Assembly: GCA_021163765.1 (NCBI GenBank)
Contig: JAGGTK010000037.1
Location: 1-63,006 of the forward strand
DNA: 63,006 bases
Direction of reading: 5' to 3'
DNA from: a bacterium
GTDB lineage: Bacteria > 4484-113
The notes beneath the pieces were generated by a model. The model made no database searches. It saw only the letters and a program-made list of their open reading frames with translations, and was not told the origin of the DNA. Made by a program: the position numbers and the translations under genes. Of this stretch, positions 9,286-18,675 are shown piece by piece (position 1 is the stretch's first letter; each line of letters begins with the position of its first letter).

Positions 9286-10809
9286 CTACCCAAACTCGAT
9301 CCCCTGCGCGAGCGGCAGGTCGGTGCTCCAGTTCACCGTATTCGTCTGGCGGCGCATATAGGCTTTCCAGGCGTCGGAGCCGCTCTCGCGCCCGCCGCCG
9401 GTTTCCTTCTCGCCGCCGAACGCGCCGCCGATCTCCGCACCGCTGGTTCCGATGTTCACGTTCGCGATACCGCAATCCGAGCCTGTAACGCTGAGGAACC
9501 GGTGCGCCTCCTTCACGTCGTCCGTGAATATCGCGCTGGAAAGCCCCTGCGGCACGCCGTTGTGCAGCTCAATCGCTTCATCAAGCGTCCGGTAAGACAT
9601 CACGTATAAAATCGGCGCAAAAGTCTCGTCGCACACCAGCGGAAGCTGCTTCGGCGTCTCCACGATGCACGGCGTCACGTAACAGCCTCCGGGATACTCC
9701 TTGCCCCGCAGCTTCTTCCCGCCATACACGACTTTGCCACCCTCGCCCTGGATGCGCTTGATGGCAGCAAACATCAGCTCCACAGCGTCCGTGTCCACCA
9801 GCGGCCCCATCAGCGTTCCTTTCCTCAGCGGATTGCCGATGGGCACCTGCTTGTACGCCTTCACAAGCGCCTTTACCAGCTCATCCTTGACCGACTTGTG
9901 GGCGATGATGCGGCGCGTGGTGGTGCAGCGCTGGCCGGCTGTGCCCACCGCGCCGAACAGGATTGCTCGGATCGCCAATTCCATATTCGCGCTGGGCGTT
10001 ACGATGATCGCGTTATTACCGCCAAGCTCCAGAATGGTGCGGCCAAATCGTGCGGCAACAACCTGCGCGACGTGGTGCCCCACCCTCGTCGAGCCAGTCA
10101 TCGAAACGAGCTTCAGCCGGTTATCTTCAAGCATCACGTCGCCGATATCTCCGCCGCGCCCTACAACCAGGCTCATCAGTGCCGTCGGCACGCCGTTGCG
10201 CTTCAGCACGCGCTCGGCGATCTTCGTTACGGCAATCGCTGTGAGTGGTGCTTTGCTCGCGGGTTTCCATATCATCGCGTCTCCGCACACCGCCGCAAGC
10301 GCCGCGTTCCACGACCATACCGCGACGGGGAAGTTGAACGCCGAGATTATGCCCACCACACCCAGCGGATACCACTGCTCCATCATGAAATGCCTTTCGC
10401 GCTCGGAAGGCATCGTCAGTCCGTAAAGCTGGCGCGAAAGCCCGACGGCAAAGTCGCAGATATCAATCATCTCCTGCACTTCGCCCACGCCTTCCGGCAG
10501 GATTTTGCCCATCTCCAGCGTCACCAGCCTGCCCAGGTCCTCCTTGTGCTCGCGCAGCTCCAGCCCCAATTGCCGCACTACTTCACCGCGCTTGGGCGCC
10601 GGAACTTCGCGCCAGTATTCAAACGCTTCCTGCGCAGCGGCGGCAATCTTCTCGTAGTCCTTCGCGGTACACTGCCTCACGGACGCGATTCGCTTGCCGT
10701 TGATGGGCGTAACCACATCCAGCTTCTCGCCGCGGCCGAGCCACTTGCCGCCGAATCCGCCGTGATTCACATCCTCGATTCCAAGCCTTTTCAGAAATGC
10801 GTATGCCAT
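9286..10809 (-). CDS. Aldehyde dehydrogenase, family 7 (antiquitin / piperideine-6-carboxylate dehydrogenase-like)
   Basis: [86 protein letters not shown]. Confidence 0.96.
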   Translation of the reverse strand: MAYAFLKRLGIEDVNHGGFGGKWLGRGEKLDVVTPINGKRIASVRQCTAKDYEKIAAAAQEAFEYWREVPAPKRGEVVRQLGLELREHKEDLGRLVTLEMGKILPEGVGEVQEMIDICDFAVGLSRQLYGLTMPSERERHFMMEQWYPLGVVGIISAFNFPVAVWSWNAALAAVCGDAMIWKPASKAPLTAIAVTKIAERVLKRNGVPTALMSLVVGRGGDIGDVMLEDNRLKLVSMTGSTRVGHHVAQVVAARFGRTILELGGNNAIIVTPSANMELAIRAILFGAVGTAGQRCTTTRRIIAHKSVKDELVKALVKAYKQVPIGNPLRKGTLMGPLVDTDAVELMFAAIKRIQGEGGKVVYGGKKLRGKEYPGGCYVTPCIVETPKQLPLVCDETFAPILYVMSYRTLDEAIELHNGVPQGLSSAIFTDDVKEAHRFLSVTGSDCGIANVNIGTSGAEIGGAFGGEKETGGGRESGSDAWKAYMRRQTNTVNWSTDLPLAQGIEFG

Positions 10810-10980
10810 GTGGAAGTTCCTCCTGGGAGTATTCTAGCCGTGAAATGCTCAAAATTGAACCGCACTGGCCAGCTAGACGTAAGTTACAGATTGCTCGGGA
10901 CCAACAAGTTAAGGGTATAACAATATTGATAGCTGCACGAGTGCGGGCGAATCGCCCCGGCGCAGCGGGAGGGAACGATT

Positions 10981-13317
10981 ATGAGCTTCAGCAGCAGTCT
11001 CCATGACGCTTTTGTAGCGCTGGCTATCTGTGCGTTCGCACTTATGACCAGCGCCTGCGGGGGACATGAGCGCAAACCATCAAGCCTGCCTTCGTTACAG
11101 ACGGAGTTGCCAATAGCGCAGTCACCGGTAGAGGTCTCGCTGAACGAAACGCTTGCGGACCTGGAGAAGCTGAAAACTCCCGAGGGTGTCGCGCCGGACC
11201 TCTTCCAACAGCTCAAGGATGAGTTAGCCAAACAGCTTCACATCAATAGCGCTAGCAAAATCATATGCAGGCCCCCAACCGGCGAGGCCAACCGGGTGGA
11301 CGACCTCGCACTTACCGACAATAGCGACGGGACTTACACTCTTACCTGGCATTACCGCAATCTGGGTGACTACGACCAAAACGGCACCGTCGGCATTTCC
11401 GACATCACACCCATTGCGATGCATTACGGCGAAACCTACGACGTCGAGGACGTAAACTGCCTTCTCGCCGTCATCGACGGCAGCGGCAATTGCATCATCG
11501 ATTGCGCCGATATCATGCCTATTGCTGAGGGCTTCTCCAGTGTGGTGGTCGGGTACAAGGTCCGTGTAGCCGATTCATCCCTAGCATTTGAGAATCTCGG
11601 CTCGGTGGGCTTTGAAGCAGCAGAAGGCGCCGTTATTGAGAGGAGAGTTTGCAGCCATTCTTTCTCGGCAGAAGCTGTAGGTGATGGCGTCCTATTTCAG
11701 GTTGTCGCATACGATTCGAGTGGCGAGTTCGGAGAACCATCAGAAACGTTGCCCTTCCCTTTCGGACCTCCGCTTATTCTTGATGTTCAGCCGCGAGAGG
11801 TTTATCTCGATATGGGTCAGGTCTTTACCGCCATAGCCGTTGGGGGGCCCTATGATGAGGACGGCAACCTGAATTTCACAGAGGCTTGGGATATGGGTGA
11901 AGGCGTTTCGCCAAGTAAGCTGAAAACGGCAACAGAGCTGGGCGGAAGTCCGGTAGCGCTTGTCGTAGGCGCGAAACTGGGCACCTACGAGGCATCTCTC
12001 TCTCTACGGAATCAGTTTGGGGAGCATACATATCCATTCTCCTATGAAGTGAGGGAATCGAGTTCTTGGGTTCACTCTTGGAGACCAGGTGAGTGGACGG
12101 ATGTAGATGGGGCAATTTGGCGGCCGAACGGGCATCTTGCGCTCATAGGCTATGCCAAGATTTCACACGATTACGTCGCGGTTGAGTTCACGACCGCGGG
12201 CGAACTCGTATCCGCAAAGACACTGGGCATCCCGGCAGGCGTACGAATCATCTCTCTTCTGACCGATAGCAGAGGGAACATCTACATTGGTGGCTGGACC
12301 GATGCTTACGGTGATGTGTATGGGGACATAGTAGTAATGAAATTGGACCCCGATTGGAATCTCGTATTCGCAAAAGCCTTGGGCGGACCTGCAACTGACC
12401 ATTTCAGCGACTTATGCGTGGATTCTCAGGAGAACATCTATGTAACAGGACAAAGAACAGACTGCCCCTTTTCCCATTGGGACCTTTATGTACTCAAGTT
12501 AGACAAGTATGGAGAGGTAGAGTTTACCGAGGGATGGGATAAAGGCGGATGGATGGATGGGGGGAGAGATATAGCCGTCGATGAGCAAGGGAACATCTAT
12601 ATATCAGGCTCTACGGGGCCTCTTGAAGGAGAAGGAGGCGGACCACTTCTGCTCAAGTTCAGCTTGGATGGGAGCCTGATTTTCGTTAAGCTGTATGACG
12701 GATTAGCGCCAGGAGAGCTTGTGGTTTCTAATACTCTCTATTTCCGCAGCGGTTCTACCATCGGAGAACTGACAAGCGATGGTGATGTCGTGTGGGCAAA
12801 AAATTGGGTGCTACCGGAGAATGTTTCGTTTAATAAGATGCGTGTACTTACACCGGAGCGTTTTCTGCTTCTGGGCAGCCACTGGGAAAGCTACGACGTA
12901 TTAGCGTGCTCACCCCCATGGAGGTCAGTGACAAGCATCCTGCTCATACAGTTGAAAAAAGACGGAACAGTCTCCCTCGCCAAAAAATGGGGACCTCCTC
13001 CACCCACGTATTGGTGGGATGCTTGGACTCCCGTCGCAGCTGACTTGCTCACTGACGACAGCGGAAATGCCTATATCGCCGGATCTTCTCAAGGCAGAAC
13101 TGGCTGCTGGACAGATATGAGCCTGACCGGAGATTTCACTGAGATTGATCTCTCAGCCATGAACATTCAGGGCGAGATTAAAGACCTGCACCTGACGGAA
13201 ACCGTTCTTCCAGATTTAGAGCCCTCCATTCCGCTTGAGGGTGAGATAGACGCCCTTCCAGAGCCCCCTGATAGCCACTACCGAAAAAGTGATTTTATCT
13301 TACTGAAGAATTTCTAA
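10981..13317 (+). CDS. Surface lipoprotein: Fn3-like domain with inserted dockerin-like pair, PKD-like domain, SBBP-type beta-propeller
   Basis: SAC lipobox; GDYDQNGTVGISDITPIA...DGSGNCIIDCADIMPIA; WDMGEG...GTYEASLSLRNQFG; DSRGNIYIGG, DSQENIYVTG, DEQGNIYISG, DDSGNAYIAG repeats. Confidence 0.85.
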   Translation: MSFSSSLHDAFVALAICAFALMTSACGGHERKPSSLPSLQTELPIAQSPVEVSLNETLADLEKLKTPEGVAPDLFQQLKDELAKQLHINSASKIICRPPTGEANRVDDLALTDNSDGTYTLTWHYRNLGDYDQNGTVGISDITPIAMHYGETYDVEDVNCLLAVIDGSGNCIIDCADIMPIAEGFSSVVVGYKVRVADSSLAFENLGSVGFEAAEGAVIERRVCSHSFSAEAVGDGVLFQVVAYDSSGEFGEPSETLPFPFGPPLILDVQPREVYLDMGQVFTAIAVGGPYDEDGNLNFTEAWDMGEGVSPSKLKTATELGGSPVALVVGAKLGTYEASLSLRNQFGEHTYPFSYEVRESSSWVHSWRPGEWTDVDGAIWRPNGHLALIGYAKISHDYVAVEFTTAGELVSAKTLGIPAGVRIISLLTDSRGNIYIGGWTDAYGDVYGDIVVMKLDPDWNLVFAKALGGPATDHFSDLCVDSQENIYVTGQRTDCPFSHWDLYVLKLDKYGEVEFTEGWDKGGWMDGGRDIAVDEQGNIYISGSTGPLEGEGGGPLLLKFSLDGSLIFVKLYDGLAPGELVVSNTLYFRSGSTIGELTSDGDVVWAKNWVLPENVSFNKMRVLTPERFLLLGSHWESYDVLACSPPWRSVTSILLIQLKKDGTVSLAKKWGPPPPTYWWDAWTPVAADLLTDDSGNAYIAGSSQGRTGCWTDMSLTGDFTEIDLSAMNIQGEIKDLHLTETVLPDLEPSIPLEGEIDALPEPPDSHYRKSDFILLKNF

Positions 13318-13436
13318 GTCTCCTCTGTTTATAGCAAGAGAGCCTTATAGGTAGTCGCTTATTTCACCAATATCAGGGAGTGAACCGGTCAAGCAGAACA
13401 CACTGCTGGCATGCAAGCGCTGTGAAGCTGGTCGCC

Positions 13437-13657
13437 TTACCCCAGGAAGCGCCGCGCCGTCTTCTCGTAATCCTCCGCAGTGCATTGCCTTATCGACGCG
13501 ATTCGCTTGCCGTTGATGGGCGTGACCACATCCAGCTCCTCGCCGCGGCCGAGCCACTTGCCGCCAAATCCGCCGTGATTCACATCCTCGATTCCAAGCC
13601 TTTTCAGAAATGCGTATGCCATGTGGAAGTTCCTCCTGGGAGTATTCTAGCCGTGAA
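13437..13657 (-). pseudogene. Orphan copy of the ALDH gene 5' end including RBS and upstream region
   Basis: 13460-13657 aligns to 10647-10844; encodes MAYAFLKRLGIEDVNHGG...RQCTAEDYEK then an unrelated tail and stop. Confidence 0.95.
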
Positions 13658-13676
13658 TGGATGAAAGGTGAACCAT

Positions 13677-13772
13677 GCTGGGTAGGTGAACTGACCAGCT
13701 CAGCAACTACGGACACGGACTCGCGAATTCATTCGCGAGAATGACCGTGTGGAGACTGAAGTCTCCACTCCT
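13677..13772. repeat. Cluster of REP-like palindromes
   Basis: CTCGCGAAT-TC-ATTCGCGAG (13720-13739) inside CACGG/CCGTG; GTGGAGAC-TGAA-GTCTCCAC (13749-13768); imperfect TGCTGGGT...GCTCAGCA stem upstream. Confidence 0.55.
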
Positions 13773-13875
13773 GCTTATCTTAGAAGCACCGCTTTGCCTG
13801 GAACAATTCCCCTGTTCGTGAGTCTGATAAGTGTCAGCAAATGTGCCCTTAGGCACAACGAAAGAAGGGAATATC

Positions 13876-15777
13876 ATGGTCAAGTCAGCGACCCTACGGC
13901 TGGCGGTTATCACCGCCGCGCTGTTGTGCGCTTTCGCATTAGCGTTTGCTTCGTGCGGGAAGGGGAAGCACTCTACCGGGAACGTCGCTCTGCCCTCACC
14001 CACTGGCGACCTGTCGCCCACCGCCTCGCCATCGCAGTCCCCGGACGATGCTCTAGCGGAGCTGGACGCGCTCGCCTGTCCCGAGGGCGTGGACGCGGCG
14101 CTGTGGACGGAGTTGAAGGATGCGTTTGCCGATACGCTCGCTGCCCGTGGAGAAGCCAAGACAGTCTCCACCCCACCCACCGGCGAAGCTAACCGGGTAA
14201 ACGACCTAGCCATTACCGACAACGGCGACGGTACCTATACACTGTCCTGGCATTACCGCAATTTGGGCGATTACGACCAGAACGGCATTGTCGGCATATC
14301 TGACATCACACCTTTAGCGCAGCATTTCGGCGAAACCGTCCCGGAGGACGACCTTAGCCGCACCAGCATCCAGGCGGTGATTGACGGTTCCGGGAACGGT
14401 GTCGTAGACATCGCTGATATTACGGCGATAGCGGCCAATTACCTGAGCGAGTTCAGCGAGTATGTCGTGGAGAGATCGTTTGCGGCGCCGGCACAATATG
14501 CTAAGGTTGGCGCGCTAACGTTGGCGGATGCTACAAGTGACGGGGCGAAGCGCTTTTCGCACATCATCCCCTTTGCGCGACGAATGCTTTTTCGGGTAGC
14601 GCCGTGTCATCCAAGTGGAAAAGCTGGTGTCTATTCCGAGCCGGTAGAGCTTCGCATTGCAGGTGGAGACTGGCATATGCATTGTAAAGACCCGCAGCAC
14701 ACGATGAGAAGTCCTTACGTGGGACCGCAAATGGTCGGCGCTATAACCGCGACGAAGGCAAGGGGCCACTTCAAATGGAATTCGGTAATAAGTGACGAGG
14801 GCATAATCTATGTCATGCTCAAAGGACACAACGGGGGGCTCTGGGCGATTAACCGTGATGGTACCGTCTCGTGGATATTCACTCTTTCCGACCACGAAAT
14901 TCCTGAATTCTCGTCCCCCGCAATAGCCAAGGATGGGATGTTGTATTTCTCGAGCGTATCCCACTTGCTGGCGGTAAATCCCGACGGCAGCCTGAAGTGG
15001 AGAGTAGAGTTGCCTGCGGCTGGCTACTTCAGTAGCCCAACCGTAGGACCTGATGGTGCTATTTACCTGGGCACTGGAGACGGTTTCCGAGATACGGAGG
15101 ACGGCTATCTAATTGCTCTTAATCCGGACGGATCCCTAAGATGGGATTATCTTGCTGGAAGCGGTGTCGTCTCGACGGCGGCGGTCCGTGAGGACGGGAC
15201 TGTTTACTCAGCCACTTACGAAGGCACGGTCTTCGCGTTGAACGGGGACGGCAGCCTCAAGTGGGAGCTGGAAGTTGGCAGAGCGGGAGCGCTGTGGTCC
15301 AGCCCGGCAATAGGCGATGACGGGACTATCTACATAGGTGTTCAGGGCGGGAAATGGAATGCGCCGCCTGAGGGCGACATTGGGTACCTTGACGCGATAT
15401 CTGCTGACGGTTCACTGAAGTGGGAGTTTCAGACAGAGGGATGGATATCATCCTGCCCTGCTATCGCAGAAGACGGGACAGTATACGCCGCCAGCATCTT
15501 TGGCCATCTCTACGCCATCAATCCCGATGGCACAATGAAATGGCGGTTCACCGCGGATTCTCCCATCTTGGGCAATCCGGCAGTTGGCGGGGACGGGCTG
15601 ATCTACATCGCGCCTAATTCGGGTACTGTCTATGCCATAACACCTGATGGAGCGGTGAAATGGTCGCAGGCTGTTTCACCTGCCTGCCCGTACGGTGGCA
15701 ATCCGGTGTTGGGAGAGGATGGCTTGCTCTACATCGGTCTCGGCGACAGCTATTTAGCGATCGGCGACGGATGGTAA
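13876..15777 (+). CDS. Surface lipoprotein: Fn3-like domain with inserted dockerin-like pair, PQQ-like (BamB-type) beta-propeller
   Basis: ASC lipobox; N-terminal module paralogous to the 10981 gene; SSPAIxxDGxxY...AxNPDGSLKW repeats; ATG 13876 preceded by GAAGGGA. Confidence 0.88.
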   Translation: MVKSATLRLAVITAALLCAFALAFASCGKGKHSTGNVALPSPTGDLSPTASPSQSPDDALAELDALACPEGVDAALWTELKDAFADTLAARGEAKTVSTPPTGEANRVNDLAITDNGDGTYTLSWHYRNLGDYDQNGIVGISDITPLAQHFGETVPEDDLSRTSIQAVIDGSGNGVVDIADITAIAANYLSEFSEYVVERSFAAPAQYAKVGALTLADATSDGAKRFSHIIPFARRMLFRVAPCHPSGKAGVYSEPVELRIAGGDWHMHCKDPQHTMRSPYVGPQMVGAITATKARGHFKWNSVISDEGIIYVMLKGHNGGLWAINRDGTVSWIFTLSDHEIPEFSSPAIAKDGMLYFSSVSHLLAVNPDGSLKWRVELPAAGYFSSPTVGPDGAIYLGTGDGFRDTEDGYLIALNPDGSLRWDYLAGSGVVSTAAVREDGTVYSATYEGTVFALNGDGSLKWELEVGRAGALWSSPAIGDDGTIYIGVQGGKWNAPPEGDIGYLDAISADGSLKWEFQTEGWISSCPAIAEDGTVYAASIFGHLYAINPDGTMKWRFTADSPILGNPAVGGDGLIYIAPNSGTVYAITPDGAVKWSQAVSPACPYGGNPVLGEDGLLYIGLGDSYLAIGDGW

Positions 15778-16021
15778 CCGGTTGCAGCATAGATTGCCGG
15801 CTCCCGATTATGTGCTAAACCGAGTTCTGCGATCGAGAACTTAGCCCGCGCAACTTCAAAGTCCATAGCTAAAAGAACTACAAACCGATATAGGTTCTAA
15901 GCCTATACACGGGCATCGTTCGCCAACAGCAATCCTGCGACGCTTCTGCCGGGAAAGGCGAAACTTATTTCACGTCACAGCTAAGTGCTGATTTACTCAA
16001 TCCGCCAAGCGCCAAGATACA

Positions 16022-16804
16022 TCATTCCCCCGGCCGGTGCACCTTCAAGATGCCGCCCTGCTCCTGGGGCGTAACCAGTATCTCATCGATATTCACGTGC
16101 TTCGGGCGCGAGACCGCCCAGACGATGCAGTCCGCGATGTCCTCGCCAACGAGAGGCTTCATCCCCTTGTAAACCTCGCTGGCCTTCTCCTTATCGCCAA
16201 AGAAGCGAACATCCGAGAACTCCGTTTCAACCATTCCCGGCGATATTACGGTCAATCGCACCGGCTTATCCACAATCTCCACGCGCATCGCCTGCGAGAG
16301 GGAGCGCACAGCGGCCTTCGTCGCGCAGTAAACGCTGCCGCCGGGATAGGCATACCATCCGGCTATACTCGCCACGTTCACGATATTCCCGTTCCCTGAA
16401 TCAATAAGCGCTGGCATCATCTCCTGCGTCATTCGGATCAGCCCAACGACGTTCGTCTCGATCATCACCTGAACGTTTTCTTCAGGAGTTTCCACGAGCG
16501 GATCGACCCCGCGCACCAGTCCGGCATTGTTCACCAGGATGTGCACCGTGCCGAACCTCTCCTTCACCATTGCCCCGAAAGCCCTGACATCGTCCAGCTT
16601 CTGCACGTCCAGTGGAGCGGTGGCGATCTCAACTCCTGGATTATCCCGTGTCACGCGGTTGTGCAGGTCTGCCAGGCGCTCAACGCGCCGCGCTCCCATT
16701 GCGACGTGGCATCCCGCCTTAGCCAGGGCGCAAACCGTCGCTTCACCAATGCCCGCGCTTGCGCCGGTAACAACCGCGACTTTGTCTTTCAGGCCTTCGT
16801 ACAT
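16022..16804 (-). CDS. SDR-family oxidoreductase (YdfG-like)
   Basis: TGASAGIG, LVNNAG, YCATK, PGMVETEFSDVRF. Confidence 0.93.
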   Translation of the reverse strand: MYEGLKDKVAVVTGASAGIGEATVCALAKAGCHVAMGARRVERLADLHNRVTRDNPGVEIATAPLDVQKLDDVRAFGAMVKERFGTVHILVNNAGLVRGVDPLVETPEENVQVMIETNVVGLIRMTQEMMPALIDSGNGNIVNVASIAGWYAYPGGSVYCATKAAVRSLSQAMRVEIVDKPVRLTVISPGMVETEFSDVRFFGDKEKASEVYKGMKPLVGEDIADCIVWAVSRPKHVNIDEILVTPQEQGGILKVHRPGE

Positions 16805-16872
16805 ATCAGCCTCCAAGAGCGTTTAAACGTGCGTCAACAGCCCTAACAGATACGCCCGTTGCCGATAAGCGG

Positions 16873-18507
16873 CTACTCCTCCGCCAGGAAGGGGTAGCGG
16901 TAGTCCTTGGGCGGCAGGAAGTTCTCCTTGACCGCGCGCTGCGACACCCAGCGCAGCAAATTGAGCATGCTGCCGGCCTTGTCATTCGTGCCGCTCGCCC
17001 GGCTTCCGCCGAACGGCTGCTGCCCCACGACCGCTCCGGTCGGCTTGTCGTTGATGTAGAAGTTGCCCGAGGAATGCCAGAGGATATCGTAGGCGAGATT
17101 AACGGCTTTGCGGTCTTCGGCATATATCCCGCCTGTCAGGGCATATGGCGAAGTCCCGTCGCATAACCGGAGCGTCTTCTCATATTCGCGGTCGGGATAG
17201 ACGTAGATCGTAACCACCGGCCCGAATATCTCCTCCACCATGCACAAATAGTCCGGCTTCTTGGCCTCGACGACCGTCGGCTCGATGAAGTAGCCCTTGC
17301 TGTCGTCGTAACCGCCACCGCAGATAATTTTTGCATCACGGGACTTACGCGCGTTCTCGATGTATCCGGTAACCGTCTTGAACGCAGAGCGGTCAATCAC
17401 TGCGTTCATGAAGCACGAAAAATCCGTCACGTCGCCCATCTTTATGGTGGCAATCTCCTCGAGGAGCATCTTCTTCAGCCTGGCCCACCGGCTGGATGGC
17501 ACGTATACGCGCGACGCGGCGGAGCACTTCTGCCCCTGGTACTCGTAGCTTCCCCGCACGATTGCCGTTACCACCACCTCTAGATTGGCGGAGTTGTGGA
17601 CGAAGATAAAGTCCTTGCCGCCCGTTTCGCCAACGATGCGCGGGTAGGTGTGGTAGCTTTCAATGTTGGCGCCAATCGTCTTCCACATGGTCTGGAACGT
17701 AGAGGTTGAGCCCGTGAAGTGAACCCCTGCCAAATCGGGATGCGACAGCGCCCTGGGGCCAATCTTCGCCCCGGAACCTGGCAGGAAATTGATGACTCCC
17801 GGCGGGAGGCCTGCCTCCTCAAGCAGCAGCATTATGTCGTACGCCGGGAATACAGCGCTCCGCGCCGGCTTCCAGAGTACCACGTTGCCCATCATCGCCG
17901 GCGCTGTGGGCAGATTGCCCATAATGGAGGCGAAGTTGAAAGGCGTAACCGCAAAAACGAATCCCTCCAGCGGCCGTGCCTCCGTATAGTTCCACACACC
18001 ATCCAACGAATACGGTGGCTGCTCCTCGTAAATCTGCTGGGCGTACCATGGATTGAACCGCCAGAAGTCGATAAGTTCACACGCAGAGTCTATCTCCGCT
18101 TGAAAGGCGTTCTTGCTCTGCCCAAGCATCGTCGCGGCGTTCAACCGGGCGCGCCAGGGGCCGGATAGCAGCTCCGCAGCACGCAAAAAGATGGACATGC
18201 GCTGCTCCCAGGGCATACGCGCCCATTCCTGCCACGCCTTCGCTGCGGCCTGCACCGCCATCTCGACTTCATCCGGCCCGGCCATGTGGTATTCGGCCAG
18301 AACGTGGCCGTGGTCGTGCGGACACACGCTCTTGCCGAGCTGGCCCGTGCGTATCCGTTTTCCGCCAATAATCAGCGGTATTTCAATCTTGCGCCGAAGC
18401 TGGCGCTTGAGCTCCGCCTTCAACTCAGCGCGCTCGGTTGCTCCCGGCGCATATGAAAACACCGGCTCGTTCACCGGCACAGGGATGTTTGGCCTTCCGT
18501 TAAGCAT
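16873..18507 (-). CDS. pruA: L-glutamate gamma-semialdehyde (P5C) dehydrogenase
   Basis: NEPVFSYAPG, QAEIDSACELIDFWRFN, GETGGKDF, YQGQKCSAASR, YINDKPTGAVVGQQPFGGSRASGTNDKAG. Confidence 0.96.
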   Translation of the reverse strand: MLNGRPNIPVPVNEPVFSYAPGATERAELKAELKRQLRRKIEIPLIIGGKRIRTGQLGKSVCPHDHGHVLAEYHMAGPDEVEMAVQAAAKAWQEWARMPWEQRMSIFLRAAELLSGPWRARLNAATMLGQSKNAFQAEIDSACELIDFWRFNPWYAQQIYEEQPPYSLDGVWNYTEARPLEGFVFAVTPFNFASIMGNLPTAPAMMGNVVLWKPARSAVFPAYDIMLLLEEAGLPPGVINFLPGSGAKIGPRALSHPDLAGVHFTGSTSTFQTMWKTIGANIESYHTYPRIVGETGGKDFIFVHNSANLEVVVTAIVRGSYEYQGQKCSAASRVYVPSSRWARLKKMLLEEIATIKMGDVTDFSCFMNAVIDRSAFKTVTGYIENARKSRDAKIICGGGYDDSKGYFIEPTVVEAKKPDYLCMVEEIFGPVVTIYVYPDREYEKTLRLCDGTSPYALTGGIYAEDRKAVNLAYDILWHSSGNFYINDKPTGAVVGQQPFGGSRASGTNDKAGSMLNLLRWVSQRAVKENFLPPKDYRYPFLAEE

Positions 18508-18675
18508 AGTTACCTTCCTCCATCAGCATATGTCATGTTTGGCTCCGCCACCAGAGATTTAGCCGGAGCGCCATTACAAGCACAGAATGCACACGTACTT
18601 GTCCGCCGCCGAAATCGCCGCAATTATAACACCGCGCAGCACCCGCCCACACGCCAGCTCTCCGCGCAAATACTT

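Noticed and set aside
8032-9389. CRISPR array or integron attC sites
   Set aside because: The repeats are coding gene-end fragments of unequal length, not palindromic; spacers are whole genes; no cas or intI in the window.
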